Origin: Klebsiella phage 05F01
Reading direction: 5' to 3' (one strand)
Sequence record: LC483177.1
Length of the DNA: 64,000 nt
Shown: positions 20,278-29,943 of the stretch, in pieces
Layout of the letters: every line of letters begins with the position of its first letter
Position numbering within the stretch: position 1 is the first letter of the stretch
Made by a program: the position numbers and the translations under genes
Notes under the pieces: generated by a model
Databases searched by the model: none
What the model was told of the DNA's origin: nothing
The model's input: only the letters and a program-made list of their open reading frames with translations

Positions 20278-20707
20278 AGTTTCCACCTTCTCCACTGTAA
20301 TCAAATTCACTATTTTGGCTATCAAGAATAGCTACACATTGATCATGAATAAGGAATGTGGTTCTTGTCCAATCCCGCAGTGAATAAATAGAATACCATT
20401 TACCATCTATTAATATCTGGTCTGATAATTGGTCAGATCCTTCTTCTAGGGACCTAATGTCTGTTTTTGTCCAGAATGTATATTGTGCTTTTGTTCTGTA
20501 TGCTTCAGGGAGGGCCTGTAGTGTTTTCCCACTTATAGGTTGCAAGGAAGAACTTTGGATAGCAAACTCTTCATATGTAATACTATTATTAAGATTCTTA
20601 ATAACACCACTACCTTGAACATAATTTCTATGTCTACCTTGATATTCTGTCAAATCTAATAATTTAAAATCATCTAATAACACTAGGTATCTCCTATTAG
20701 TATACAA
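20270..20707 (-). CDS. neck / head-tail joining protein
   Basis: 145-aa ORF in the neck module between the sheath and capsid genes. Confidence 0.3.
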   Translation of the reverse strand: MYTNRRYLVLLDDFKLLDLTEYQGRHRNYVQGSGVIKNLNNSITYEEFAIQSSSLQPISGKTLQALPEAYRTKAQYTFWTKTDIRSLEEGSDQLSDQILIDGKWYSIYSLRDWTRTTFLIHDQCVAILDSQNSEFDYSGEGGNYG

Positions 20708-20718
20708 TAAATGTAATA

Positions 20719-21210
20719 TTATTGCAAGTCATTTCTTTTATTAGAGACTTTATCACTCAGGGAGTTTATTAGATATCCTCTATCTATTAATATTGCAGAT
20801 GATCCATTTCCCCTAGCTTGTCTCCAACTTAGTGTTGCAGGAGATAGTGGTGTAAATCTTTGCATAGCTATTGCTTTAGCTATTGCCTCTCTGCTAACCT
20901 TGCCTATCAATTTAAAAGCAGCTAATCCTTTATTATGAAGAAAGTAGTCTCTAAAAACTTCGCCCCATAAATGTGAAATATCTTCTGATGCTATAACTGC
21001 ACCATCTGTCATAAATGGCCTTTCTGGTATATTGTTTCTGATACTACCAAATTGGTTAATATAAGCAATTGCTGGAAGAGGGAAATCAGTTTCAGGGTGT
21101 TTCTTATTTTCAAGTACACCTGCACTTATCTCTATTTTATCTAATCTCTCTATTTTCCTGAAGTAAGATTCGAGGGACATATCATCCCCCTTCATTATTT
21201 TACACTTCAT
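20719..21210 (-). CDS. neck / tail terminator-like protein
   Basis: 163 aa, ATGA-coupled to the upstream gene. Confidence 0.3.
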   Translation of the reverse strand: MKCKIMKGDDMSLESYFRKIERLDKIEISAGVLENKKHPETDFPLPAIAYINQFGSIRNNIPERPFMTDGAVIASEDISHLWGEVFRDYFLHNKGLAAFKLIGKVSREAIAKAIAMQRFTPLSPATLSWRQARGNGSSAILIDRGYLINSLSDKVSNKRNDLQ

Positions 21211-21755
21211 TATGGTCTACCAAATGGGTAAAAAGGGTTTCTCCTACGGTTCCAGTCTGTATTTTTAGATCTTCTGTCAACACTTGCAACAGAACCAAGT
21301 CCATTTACAGAAACAGGATTAGAGTTAACTCTTTCAATCTCACAGGCATTTACACCACCGACTAAGACTTTATCAGAGGCACCATTAACACCAGAACATC
21401 CCGGTATCTTAAAATCACCATTAAGGTAACTTTTATAAATGTCTTCCCAAGGGGAGGTATAGTATGTATTAGGTGTATATGTTACACTTACTTGAACTTC
21501 ACCTACCTTTTCAGTTCTGCCAGCCATGCTACCAACTTCTGTCCCTTGCTTAATAAGATCGGTATTCCATAGATACTCTAAAACAGATATAAGACTGTTC
21601 CACAAGACTTTACATTTATTTTTATCATCATCCCCAAAAATATCTATCCAACTTTCTATAATCTGTAAGATAGTATCGTCAGAGATCATGTCCTGTGTAG
21701 GATTATATGCCAGTAGTCTTATTCTTGCAACTAATTCAGATGCTACTAATGCCAT
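21210..21755 (-). CDS. head-tail adaptor-like protein
   Basis: 181-aa ORF in the neck module. Confidence 0.3.
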   Translation of the reverse strand: MALVASELVARIRLLAYNPTQDMISDDTILQIIESWIDIFGDDDKNKCKVLWNSLISVLEYLWNTDLIKQGTEVGSMAGRTEKVGEVQVSVTYTPNTYYTSPWEDIYKSYLNGDFKIPGCSGVNGASDKVLVGGVNACEIERVNSNPVSVNGLGSVASVDRRSKNTDWNRRRNPFYPFGRP

Positions 21756-21765
21756 ATTTCACCTC

Positions 21766-22122
21766 TTATTTATTATCTGCCTTTGCACGTCTACGTGCAG
21801 CAGAAGCTTTAGCTGGGGTAACTACTTCAACAGATTCTTCTACAATTTCTGTAGTATTATATACAACAGGTTCATAACTATTGTAGTGGATTAGAAAACC
21901 ATTGGGAATTTCCTTACATACATTAACACTAATATCAATCCCAAGAACATCTCTGATTTTCATCAAGAATACTTGAAAACTGCCAGCCAGAGTAATTAAA
22001 CCGTCTTTAGTATAGAATGAAAGATAAGGCGCTTTAATTAAAGTTTTTTCCACATCAAGAATACTTGAAAGGCTACCAAAATCACTGATAAGTGCGTGAT
22101 AAGAGATATATTCTTTATACAT
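21766..22122 (-). CDS. head completion / connector protein
   Basis: 118-aa ORF immediately after the major capsid terminator. Confidence 0.3.
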   Translation of the reverse strand: MYKEYISYHALISDFGSLSSILDVEKTLIKAPYLSFYTKDGLITLAGSFQVFLMKIRDVLGIDISVNVCKEIPNGFLIHYNSYEPVVYNTTEIVEESVEVVTPAKASAARRRAKADNK

Positions 22123-22139
22123 TATTTTCTCCTCAAATT

Positions 22140-22172
22140 AAAAAAGCCCACCCACCAGGGCAGGCTTTTATT
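22140..22172 (-). terminator. terminator after the major capsid gene
   Basis: Imperfect GCCTGCCC-TGGT-GGGTGGGC hairpin followed by TTTTTT on the minus strand. Confidence 0.45.
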
Positions 22173-22184
22173 AGAAACTATCTA

Positions 22185-23216
22185 TTACGGATTAGCGTCA
22201 GACAGTTTAACAACCAGTTCAGGGCGGGTGTTCATACCCAACAGAGAGAACTCAGTTTGCAGACGCAGAACGCGATTTGCTTCGTCCTGAATCAGGAACT
22301 GATAGTAATCCTGACCAATCTGGTTAGCATAAGAGTAATGGTCAGCAGGTGCATAGTGCGCCTGGAACATGTTTGCAACACCACGTGGGAATGCATATGC
22401 TTCAGAGGTTGGGACGTTACCATGAATATCTTCAACGTAAGTTACGTTACGGAATTCAAAGGTACGTGCATTCAGGCTACCGCCAACACGGTCAAACAGC
22501 AGGTTAGGATTACGTCCAGCAGCTACAGCAGAAGCATAAATGGTGCGGATGTATGGGCTTGTAATCAGTTTGGAGAAGAATGAACGTCCACAAACAACAA
22601 CCATATCTGTTACAGAACTACCATCTTTGATGGTATCAATCATGTAAGCACGAACTTGTTCTTCGATTATATCAGTAGGGTCGATAGTAGTAGAGGTAAA
22701 GTCTACAGTAGCGGTTTCCTGAGTAACACCCCAAAGAGTGTAGTAATCGTAATTGAAGTTCTGGTTAGAGAAACCATCACGGTCAACACCAACATACTGA
22801 CGCCCCATCAGAGCATTTGCAAGAATAGCTTCTTTAGTGTAAGCTGCGTTACGCATTGCAGTTGCAACATAACGTGACACTACACTCTGAGTGGCTTCCA
22901 GAACAGTGTCAGTAGTAGACAGGAATGCACGGAAGTCTTGAACATCTTCAGCTTTAATGTTATGGTCAAGTGGGAAGAATGGAATACGAACAGGACGAAC
23001 GTCATAACCAGTCTGAGTCATCCAGTTACGCTCACCACCACGCTCACGCGCTGGGATTAATGCATCACCACTAGTGGTTCTTACAATCTCTTGAAGAGTA
23101 GTTGCGTGACGATAAGTATCGAAAATATTCATGCTCGAAATCAAGGTATTCGGAGTGTCTACCAGTTCGATCATTGGGGTAAAATCAATTACCTTATCAT
23201 TATCAAAAAATGCCAT
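22185..23216 (-). CDS. major capsid protein
   Basis: 343 aa, between scaffold/decoration and neck genes. Markedly higher GC and codon bias; followed by a strong terminator. Confidence 0.6.
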   Translation of the reverse strand: MAFFDNDKVIDFTPMIELVDTPNTLISSMNIFDTYRHATTLQEIVRTTSGDALIPARERGGERNWMTQTGYDVRPVRIPFFPLDHNIKAEDVQDFRAFLSTTDTVLEATQSVVSRYVATAMRNAAYTKEAILANALMGRQYVGVDRDGFSNQNFNYDYYTLWGVTQETATVDFTSTTIDPTDIIEEQVRAYMIDTIKDGSSVTDMVVVCGRSFFSKLITSPYIRTIYASAVAAGRNPNLLFDRVGGSLNARTFEFRNVTYVEDIHGNVPTSEAYAFPRGVANMFQAHYAPADHYSYANQIGQDYYQFLIQDEANRVLRLQTEFSLLGMNTRPELVVKLSDANP

Positions 23217-23237
23217 TAAATAGCTCCTTTATAGTTA

Positions 23238-23630
23238 TTAGGAAGTAGCTAGGATTTTAGCTGTCAGTTTCAGTCCACGTTCTTCAAGAGCAAGAACACC
23301 AGCATCGTCTACAGCATCACCTGAGCTATAAACACAAAGATAGCGGTTCAGAGTAACATCACGAACTGCTGCAACAGCAGTAAAGGTGTCGCCTACTGGA
23401 ACGTCATCAATAGAAAACATTGCATTAGTCCAAACCAGAACTTTGTCAGCATCGGCAGAAGATGCAGCTTCTACATTACTTGCGGAAAGAACACTTCCCA
23501 ATTTCATGGTTGCGGTTTTAACCAGATTAACTTCACGGAAGCTATGTCCAAGGTCAGTGCTAATAACACCACCAAGAACTAGATCGCTATAGAACTGGCG
23601 GTTTAATTCTTTAGAAAAATATGTTGCCAT
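23238..23630 (-). CDS. head decoration / accessory capsid protein
   Basis: 130-aa Ala/Val/Ser-rich protein between the scaffold and MCP genes. Confidence 0.3.
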   Translation of the reverse strand: MATYFSKELNRQFYSDLVLGGVISTDLGHSFREVNLVKTATMKLGSVLSASNVEAASSADADKVLVWTNAMFSIDDVPVGDTFTAVAAVRDVTLNRYLCVYSSGDAVDDAGVLALEERGLKLTAKILATS

Positions 23631-23648
23631 TTATTTACAACTCCTTTA

Positions 23649-24743
23649 TTAGTTTTTACGGGCAGCTTTGATAGCAGCGGCACGTTGAGTTACCAGTTCG
23701 CTAGCACTTTTTGCTACTTCAACACCTGCTGCATCACTACCATGTTCTTTAGTGAATTCATTGCGCAGATCAGTAATAGTTTCGCCAGCTTTTTCAAAAG
23801 TCTTAACAATAAGATCTGCAACTTCTGAATCAGCCATAAGAGCTTTAACAATTTTTTCTACATTTGCTTCTTCAACAAACTCGAAAGATTTAACAACGAT
23901 TGTATAGTCTTCTTCAATACGTTTTTCTTGAGCTTTTTTCAGTTCTTCAAGAGCGTTATTAGCTTTAAGAATTTCTGCATCAGCGGATTCTTTGATTACG
24001 CTAACTTGTTCAGAAACAGCTTTAGTAATAAGAGCCTGAATATCTGCGGATTTAAGCAGTTCTTCTAGATTAATATTTTCCAAAGGTTTTTCTCCTTTAA
24101 TTGTTTCGTTTGTGTTTGCAGGGGCATTTTTTGTCACTGCTAGGGTGTCCTCTGCAATCACAGAGTTTTCTTCTTTATCAACGCCTTTAGCTTTGATTAG
24201 AAATTCTTTAACTGTTTCAGTTTTGAAAGATTTTTGAACCAAACTTTGTAGTGCTTCATCGACTAATTTATCGAAGAAATCTACAGAAACTAGTATCTCA
24301 CCATCAACAACCTGATATTCAGTCACTCTCACAACTGGAGTTGCAGTGTCTGCAATAGTAACTAATAAGTCGTTAATTTCAAATGTAGTTGAATATAGTC
24401 CATCATCAGTTGCGAATATTACGATACTGTTATCGAAGTCAATATCTACTAAATATACCCAATTCCAATCAATACTATATTTTTCATCTAATTTTTCAGA
24501 TACTAGATTAGATATCTGGCTCATATAAGATTTAGTTAGTTGAGTCACATCTTCTCCAAGTTCTGCTAGAGCCTTAATCGCACCCTTAGATGGAGTAGGC
24601 TTTACATTTGCTTTAAAAGCTAAAGCAGTATTATAACCAGAAGCTGCACCACCTTGTTCTTCAAAGGTGTATGCCAAATGTGCTCCCAGAGAGTCTTCTG
24701 TTTCTTCTGAAGAGAAATCAATATCACTTAAATATTTTGCCAC
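23649..24743 (-). CDS. head scaffolding protein
   Basis: 364 aa, acidic. C-terminal half is Glu/Lys/Ala-rich coiled coil (EELKKAQEKRIEED...). Sits upstream of the MCP. Confidence 0.5.
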   Translation of the reverse strand: MAKYLSDIDFSSEETEDSLGAHLAYTFEEQGGAASGYNTALAFKANVKPTPSKGAIKALAELGEDVTQLTKSYMSQISNLVSEKLDEKYSIDWNWVYLVDIDFDNSIVIFATDDGLYSTTFEINDLLVTIADTATPVVRVTEYQVVDGEILVSVDFFDKLVDEALQSLVQKSFKTETVKEFLIKAKGVDKEENSVIAEDTLAVTKNAPANTNETIKGEKPLENINLEELLKSADIQALITKAVSEQVSVIKESADAEILKANNALEELKKAQEKRIEEDYTIVVKSFEFVEEANVEKIVKALMADSEVADLIVKTFEKAGETITDLRNEFTKEHGSDAAGVEVAKSASELVTQRAAAIKAARKN

Positions 24744-24754
24744 AAGTTGCTCCG

Positions 24755-25231
24755 TTATTTTTCTTCAGTTCTTGCCATGCAACCAATGCTCACACCAAGT
24801 AATTTACCTGATTTTCTTGCTTGATATAATTCTGCATCATAAAACTGAACTTTAACTAAAGGTGTTCCTTCTACGACAAATTCTTCACCAATATAACAAT
24901 CTGTTTCATTAACCCAAGCTTTCATAGGTTTGAACTTATCTGTATTTTGGAGATGACCAAGATTGCCTTTGATGTTATTTATATTGTCGTTGAAGTTGTC
25001 TACCATTTTTCTAATTTCGATTTCAGACATACGTTCACCGTGCAAGTCATCCTTTTCTGGAGGACAATATAGCACTTCTATTACTTGCATTTTTTCTTCG
25101 TCGAATTGATTTTTCTTGACAACTTGAGGAGTTGGTGTAGGATCTTCAGAGTGGGGATCTATTTCACTTTTACCTTTGAAAGACGAGAATGTCTTAAAGA
25201 GGTCCCATAAGCTGTCCTTGTTTATTTCCAA
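24755..25231 (-). CDS. head morphogenesis protein (possible prohead protease position)
   Basis: 158 aa, between portal and scaffold. Has its own sigma70-like promoter upstream. Confidence 0.3.
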   Translation of the reverse strand: MEINKDSLWDLFKTFSSFKGKSEIDPHSEDPTPTPQVVKKNQFDEEKMQVIEVLYCPPEKDDLHGERMSEIEIRKMVDNFNDNINNIKGNLGHLQNTDKFKPMKAWVNETDCYIGEEFVVEGTPLVKVQFYDAELYQARKSGKLLGVSIGCMARTEEK

Positions 25232-25269
25232 GGTTGCCTCCGTTTAAGAGTGAATACCCTATAGATGTT

Positions 25270-25298
25270 ATTCTATAGGATATTTTAGTTTTTGTCAA
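25270..25298 (-). promoter_or_regulatory. sigma70-like promoter TTGACA-N17-TAGAAT inside the structural module
   Basis: Minus strand reads CTTGACAAAAACTAAAATATCCTATAGAAT. Preceded by a CCTATAGA...TCTATAGG hairpin after the portal stop. Confidence 0.45.
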
Positions 25299-25309
25299 GT
25301 AATTATTTG

Positions 25310-26887
25310 TTAATTAGCTAAATTTGAAACAGAAGTGTCTGTAGATGACACAGAAGTAGAAGTTCCGTTACCAGAAGTTCCTTGTGCCATTCCGTCACCA
25401 GACCTTGAAGTTGAGTTTGGTAAATAATTATCACAGAACTCTTTAAATTTAACAGGGTCTGAAACTATATCTTCAGGAAGTCTATATTTCATATTTAGCA
25501 TCTCAAAGAACTCATTGAGTATCTCTGGTGTTAGAGGAATTGCACCCGCTGCTACCACACGTTGGATAGCTGATGAGTTTGTATCAACATCAGGGTCACC
25601 AATATCTTGACTAGCAAATTTAGGTATGTCTGCATCATCAAGAGAGAATCCATTAATTCTTAAAAGTTGTGGTATGATTTGAGTATTAATCATCTCAATA
25701 ATAATATTAACATCTCTCTCTATGTAATGAGAAAGTAATGTTTGTTTATTATCTGAAAGTGAGTAACTACCCCCTTCATTACCCATAATAAGAACACCAG
25801 CACCAAATCTATTAAATATATCCAGTTGTCTTTGCTTTATTAGGACATTAGTATCAAACTGCTTACCATTACCTTCAACACCTTGGAATGTCAATTCATA
25901 TTGCTGCATACTCGTATTTTCATACAAGTCAGATGGCATCACCATATATTGCTGTTCACCTGCATGGAGGTTGGCAATATTTTGTTGTAATATTAAAAGA
26001 GATTGTGCTTCTTCTCCACCAGGGTCTAAAGCTGCCCTATTAAGAATAGTTGATGGAACTTTTAATACTGGCATACCACCTAAATCTTTAGAGACACCAA
26101 CAACTTCATATTCCTGAATAAGACTTTTTTCTCTCCAGCTTCTATACACGGCTGCAAGAGGACTTTCACCTAATGGATTTCCTTCTGTAATGTTATTACC
26201 TACCAAGATCATTTTAGACATTGGGATGTTTTTAACACCAGATGATTGTGGTGAGAAAAATCTACTATTTAAAGATTTAACTATATTCTGATTAACAGAT
26301 AATATTTCCCTTCCATCATCAGAAAAGACAAAAGGGTTAGTTATATCAAGTGTATCTTGTGGACGTGCTGCCAGCTTCTGTAATCTGTAGTATCCATAAT
26401 AAGGACTAGATGGATTAGTATCTTGCTGATAAACTTTTTCTGCTAAAGCAAAACCGAATTGCTTATATGAAAGTAGAGACCTGATATACTGTCTCAGTGG
26501 TGCTTCCATATTTCTTAATGTGTAATCTACAAATTTTGCTGCTTTCTTTGATTTTGCAGATTTTGTGTTATAGTTGATTGTGAAATCAAAAAACGCTCTA
26601 TCTACAAACGTGTATGTGGCATCTAATGCTGTTGCTACATCAGGGTCATAACCCATTTCTTTATATGTTCGGATACACTCTGGAAATCTTAGCTCATAAT
26701 TTTGAAGAAAGTTAGTAAATAGCTGTATGGAGTTAAGACCTAATGTGCCTATCTCTTTAGAGATTACTAATCTGGCCTCTTGAGTGTCAACTGGAGCAGC
26801 GGGACTTGCCGCTTTACTAACATTCTTATTCCAGTATTCCGAGCGTTTAGTATACTTTCTTTTCAACGGCTCCTCCAGAATAAACAA
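25310..26887 (-). CDS. portal protein
   Basis: 525 aa, immediately downstream of the large terminase. The start is TTG with no convincing SD; an alternative start is Leu8 after GGAGGAG. Confidence 0.55.
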   Translation of the reverse strand: MFILEEPLKRKYTKRSEYWNKNVSKAASPAAPVDTQEARLVISKEIGTLGLNSIQLFTNFLQNYELRFPECIRTYKEMGYDPDVATALDATYTFVDRAFFDFTINYNTKSAKSKKAAKFVDYTLRNMEAPLRQYIRSLLSYKQFGFALAEKVYQQDTNPSSPYYGYYRLQKLAARPQDTLDITNPFVFSDDGREILSVNQNIVKSLNSRFFSPQSSGVKNIPMSKMILVGNNITEGNPLGESPLAAVYRSWREKSLIQEYEVVGVSKDLGGMPVLKVPSTILNRAALDPGGEEAQSLLILQQNIANLHAGEQQYMVMPSDLYENTSMQQYELTFQGVEGNGKQFDTNVLIKQRQLDIFNRFGAGVLIMGNEGGSYSLSDNKQTLLSHYIERDVNIIIEMINTQIIPQLLRINGFSLDDADIPKFASQDIGDPDVDTNSSAIQRVVAAGAIPLTPEILNEFFEMLNMKYRLPEDIVSDPVKFKEFCDNYLPNSTSRSGDGMAQGTSGNGTSTSVSSTDTSVSNLAN

Positions 26888-26951
26888 AATGGGGGAATGT
26901 TAATCCCCCAATATGATTAATATTAACATGTATATCTTTTTTTGTCAATAC
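26888..26951 (-). promoter_or_regulatory. sigma70-like promoter (TTGACA-N18-TAATAT) plus GGGGGA/TCCCCC hairpin between terminase and portal
   Basis: Minus strand reads ATTGACAAAAAAAGATATACATGTTAATATTAATC, then GGGGGATTAACATTCCCCC. Confidence 0.4.
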
Positions 26952-29051
26952 CTACCGCTTATTGAACCTTGGGATTTTAGATAATGGCCTCTTATTTGTC
27001 AGTCCATAACTTGATGCCTTAGTTCTACTTGAAATAGCTGATGGTATTGCTACAGCAGTAAATATCTGCTCTTGTTGGATTGTATTAAAAGCAGATGCAC
27101 AAGCATCTGGAATATCATCCTTAACAGTTGCTGTTGATCTCTCACCATTGAATACTTCAAGTTCACGATAGAAATGGTCTAATGTTTCTTGATTAGGGAA
27201 TGAATCCTCTACTATATAAACAAAACCGTTTTGACATGCACTACTAAAAGGGGTGAACTTTTGTAGTTTTTTCTTATTGCCGGGCATTGCATCAGACTTC
27301 ACAGCAAGTCCATTTGAAATAAGTTTTTTAGCAGACTCTTGATACTCTACAGCACCTGCTGCTGATGGATCTTTTGGTAACACTACCGTGATATTAATAT
27401 TATGTTCTTCATTATCGTAAAGAGATTGTTTCAATATCATTGTATCCCTTTCTCCGGGTAGTCTTCTAAATCTTCCATAGATTTTAGACTTCTCATCTAT
27501 AGAATCAAGAATATAGTCACCGAAAATATAGATATTACCATTAGAATCTTTAGCCATTTTAATAGATACTGTATAGTCAGGGTATTTATATTTTTCAGTG
27601 GGGATAGATGCAGCTTTATCCCATGCCCTTACATACTTCATGTTCTTTGGTATTTTATCATATGTGATTTTATTTAGCCATTCTCTTTGAAAATAGCTAG
27701 ATGCTTGTTCACGTGCATACCAACAACCATCCAAAAGTCTTTCTCTGTTAACTTTTGTTTGTGCTTTAAGAGATGCAAGATACCCTGGATTGAGCCTAAT
27801 AAGCGCCGGGTTATCAAATATTGTTCCACCTATAAACATAAACGTCTTAGGTTTAATTTTAACCATCTCATCTGTGTTTGGATTATACTGTTCACAGAGA
27901 TCAGGATATTTTTCTTCCAACTCTTCTGCTGAATCTGAGAAAACAGGTTCATTATTATTAATCAGAAAATATAATTGCTTTCCACACATCTCATCTGTTG
28001 GAAAACCTTTATCATCTAAATAAGGTATTACCCACTGTAAAACCCAGCTATCAGCATCAGGGTTACATGTAGATAGGCAGAAGCTTTCTGTTTCTGATTC
28101 AGAACGTAAACGTCCTATTAGATAGAGAAATTGGGTGATACTGAAATGTGTAAGTTCGTCAAATCCTACCATGGAGTACTGTGTACCTTGGTGGTTTGCC
28201 TCTGCTGTTGATTCAAGCTCAAGATGGTCAAACTTTAATTTTCCACCAGTTGTAGCTTGAAACTCAATTTCCATCACAGTTTCTCTTACAATAGGTCTTA
28301 ATGGAGCATATAATTTCTTGGCTTCTGTAAATAATCCACCTGCACTTCTGTGTGCCTTAGTTGTTCTTCTAAAAAGAACTCCATCAAAAAGGGGGTCTTT
28401 GTGAGCAAATTTTAATGCTTTTAATAACAATAATCTACTTTTACCACTATTACCTGTTACAAAGGTATGCCCACCTCTTCTTAAAATAAGATAAGATGAA
28501 GGAGTTTCAAAGCAATACTTATACCCATCTGTTGGAACTGTCTCAAATATTTTAAGGTATGTATTCTCTTTACCTAAGATATTGAATGGAATTCTCTTAC
28601 CATAGTAAGTTTCTACATATCCTCTTAAAGGGTGTCCTGCCTGTTGAAGAGCGATAAGGTCACCTACAGCTATCTCAAAATGTTTTTTTGATTTTTTCTT
28701 TTTATAAAAGACAAATCTATGCTCCATACTAAGCTCTTGAAATATCCCTGAAGCATTCTCTATGCGATATAGATTATCTTTTGTCTCTATCTCATCAAAG
28801 TAAGGGGTAATCTTTTCTATTTTTTTATTATCTGGATTATACTGATAGATATCCTCACCAGAATAATCTTTAATTTTTCTCCAACCAAATTCAGATAGAT
28901 ATTCAGTTTCAGCACTGACACAACCAGCAGCACCTCCATAAATCATTACATCTGGCATACTATCCATTGCAATAGTTTGTTTTCCTGGCTGTGCTTCTAT
29001 TTTAAATACTGTATTTTTTAAATCATTCTTTGCTTGCTTTCTAGGTGCCAC
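26952..29051 (-). CDS. terminase large subunit (contains a 158-aa mini-intein)
   Basis: GTG start. The N-terminal P-loop is split: IYGGAAG | CVSAETE...HTFVTGN | SGKSRLLLL. Splicing restores GGAAGSGKS. A C-terminal nuclease-like region is present. Confidence 0.85.
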   Translation of the reverse strand: MAPRKQAKNDLKNTVFKIEAQPGKQTIAMDSMPDVMIYGGAAGCVSAETEYLSEFGWRKIKDYSGEDIYQYNPDNKKIEKITPYFDEIETKDNLYRIENASGIFQELSMEHRFVFYKKKKSKKHFEIAVGDLIALQQAGHPLRGYVETYYGKRIPFNILGKENTYLKIFETVPTDGYKYCFETPSSYLILRRGGHTFVTGNSGKSRLLLLKALKFAHKDPLFDGVLFRRTTKAHRSAGGLFTEAKKLYAPLRPIVRETVMEIEFQATTGGKLKFDHLELESTAEANHQGTQYSMVGFDELTHFSITQFLYLIGRLRSESETESFCLSTCNPDADSWVLQWVIPYLDDKGFPTDEMCGKQLYFLINNNEPVFSDSAEELEEKYPDLCEQYNPNTDEMVKIKPKTFMFIGGTIFDNPALIRLNPGYLASLKAQTKVNRERLLDGCWYAREQASSYFQREWLNKITYDKIPKNMKYVRAWDKAASIPTEKYKYPDYTVSIKMAKDSNGNIYIFGDYILDSIDEKSKIYGRFRRLPGERDTMILKQSLYDNEEHNINITVVLPKDPSAAGAVEYQESAKKLISNGLAVKSDAMPGNKKKLQKFTPFSSACQNGFVYIVEDSFPNQETLDHFYRELEVFNGERSTATVKDDIPDACASAFNTIQQEQIFTAVAIPSAISSRTKASSYGLTNKRPLSKIPRFNKR
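28449..28922 (-). mobile_element. mini-intein inserted in the terminase Walker A motif
   Basis: Starts with Cys (block A, CVSAETEY). Block B is GIFQELSMEH (TxxH-like). Ends ...GN followed by Ser. No endonuclease domain, 158 aa. Confidence 0.7.
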
Positions 29052-29059
29052 ATAATCTC

Positions 29060-29392
29060 CTATTTACTTATAATGTTTTTATCTTTTAATAATTTTATGT
29101 AGTCTTGTAATGTTTTTAATCTGTTACGATCATTTTCCCAAAGAGCATTATTCAATGTTTGATTTTTAACTACATCAGAAACACTTACACCATGTCTGAT
29201 TTGTGACTCTGTATATAAAATTGGCGTTGATATTGTATCTAGATCAGACTGATCTGGGGACTTAATATCCTCTGTAGCTACAACTTTACATTGCTCAGTT
29301 ACTATTGGGGAAACTTTCGTTGATGATGCGCAGCCCACTACTGTCAGACTTAAAGCAAGTAGAAATACCTTCAGAACTTTTTTCATAGTCAC
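29060..29392 (-). CDS. o-spanin (outer-membrane lipoprotein, Rz1-like)
   Basis: Signal peptide with lipobox LTVVGC. 110 aa; overlaps the 3-prime end of the i-spanin gene in another frame. Confidence 0.55.
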   Translation of the reverse strand: MTMKKVLKVFLLALSLTVVGCASSTKVSPIVTEQCKVVATEDIKSPDQSDLDTISTPILYTESQIRHGVSVSDVVKNQTLNNALWENDRNRLKTLQDYIKLLKDKNIISK

Positions 29393-29729
29393 TAACCTTT
29401 TTATTGATATTAGTTTGTTTCTTATTTAATTCATTTTGTAATTTTGTGTTTGATTTTTTTAGATCACTTATCTGGGAATTCAATGCTAAACGTTCTGAAT
29501 CTGCCTCTTTCTGTTTCTGATCTAAGTAATCTATAACTTCTTTTTGTTTATTGTTAAATACTTCTGTTTGGTGTACAATACCTGCATCATATCCATTAGC
29601 GTATATTTTATTGTATCCCCAATAACCACCAAATGAAATAGCTGCAATAATGGCTATAACTATTGCCGTTGTCCTAATGGAGCTATTCTCCTTCAGGAGG
29701 TTGTAAACTGACAGTATCATTGTCAACAT
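29295..29729 (-). CDS. i-spanin (Rz-like)
   Basis: N-terminal TM helix (TAIVIAIIAAISFGGYWGY) followed by a coiled-coil, Lys/Gln-rich periplasmic domain. Confidence 0.55.
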   Translation of the reverse strand: MLTMILSVYNLLKENSSIRTTAIVIAIIAAISFGGYWGYNKIYANGYDAGIVHQTEVFNNKQKEVIDYLDQKQKEADSERLALNSQISDLKKSNTKLQNELNKKQTNINKKVSDYEKSSEGISTCFKSDSSGLRIINESFPNSN

Positions 29730-29943
29730 CTTCTGTCTCCAAGTTATCTAAGTAATCTTCTTTCCATTGACGAGAATAATCATTTTTCTTGTCACGATGA
29801 ACAGAACTTCTGTTGTAGTCATTCTTTATTACAAAATTTCTCATATACCCTCCAAATAAAAATACCCCTCACCAATGACGGATAAGGGGCTAGTAATGAT
29901 ACCAAAAATAAGACAGGACGAACAGTCCAAAGAGGAGAGAAAT

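Noticed and set aside
26952-29051. Homing endonuclease or extra domain explaining the 699-aa terminase length
   Set aside because: The extra 158 aa has intein blocks at both ends and no LAGLIDADG/HNH motifs. A mini-intein explains the length without invoking a nuclease insertion.
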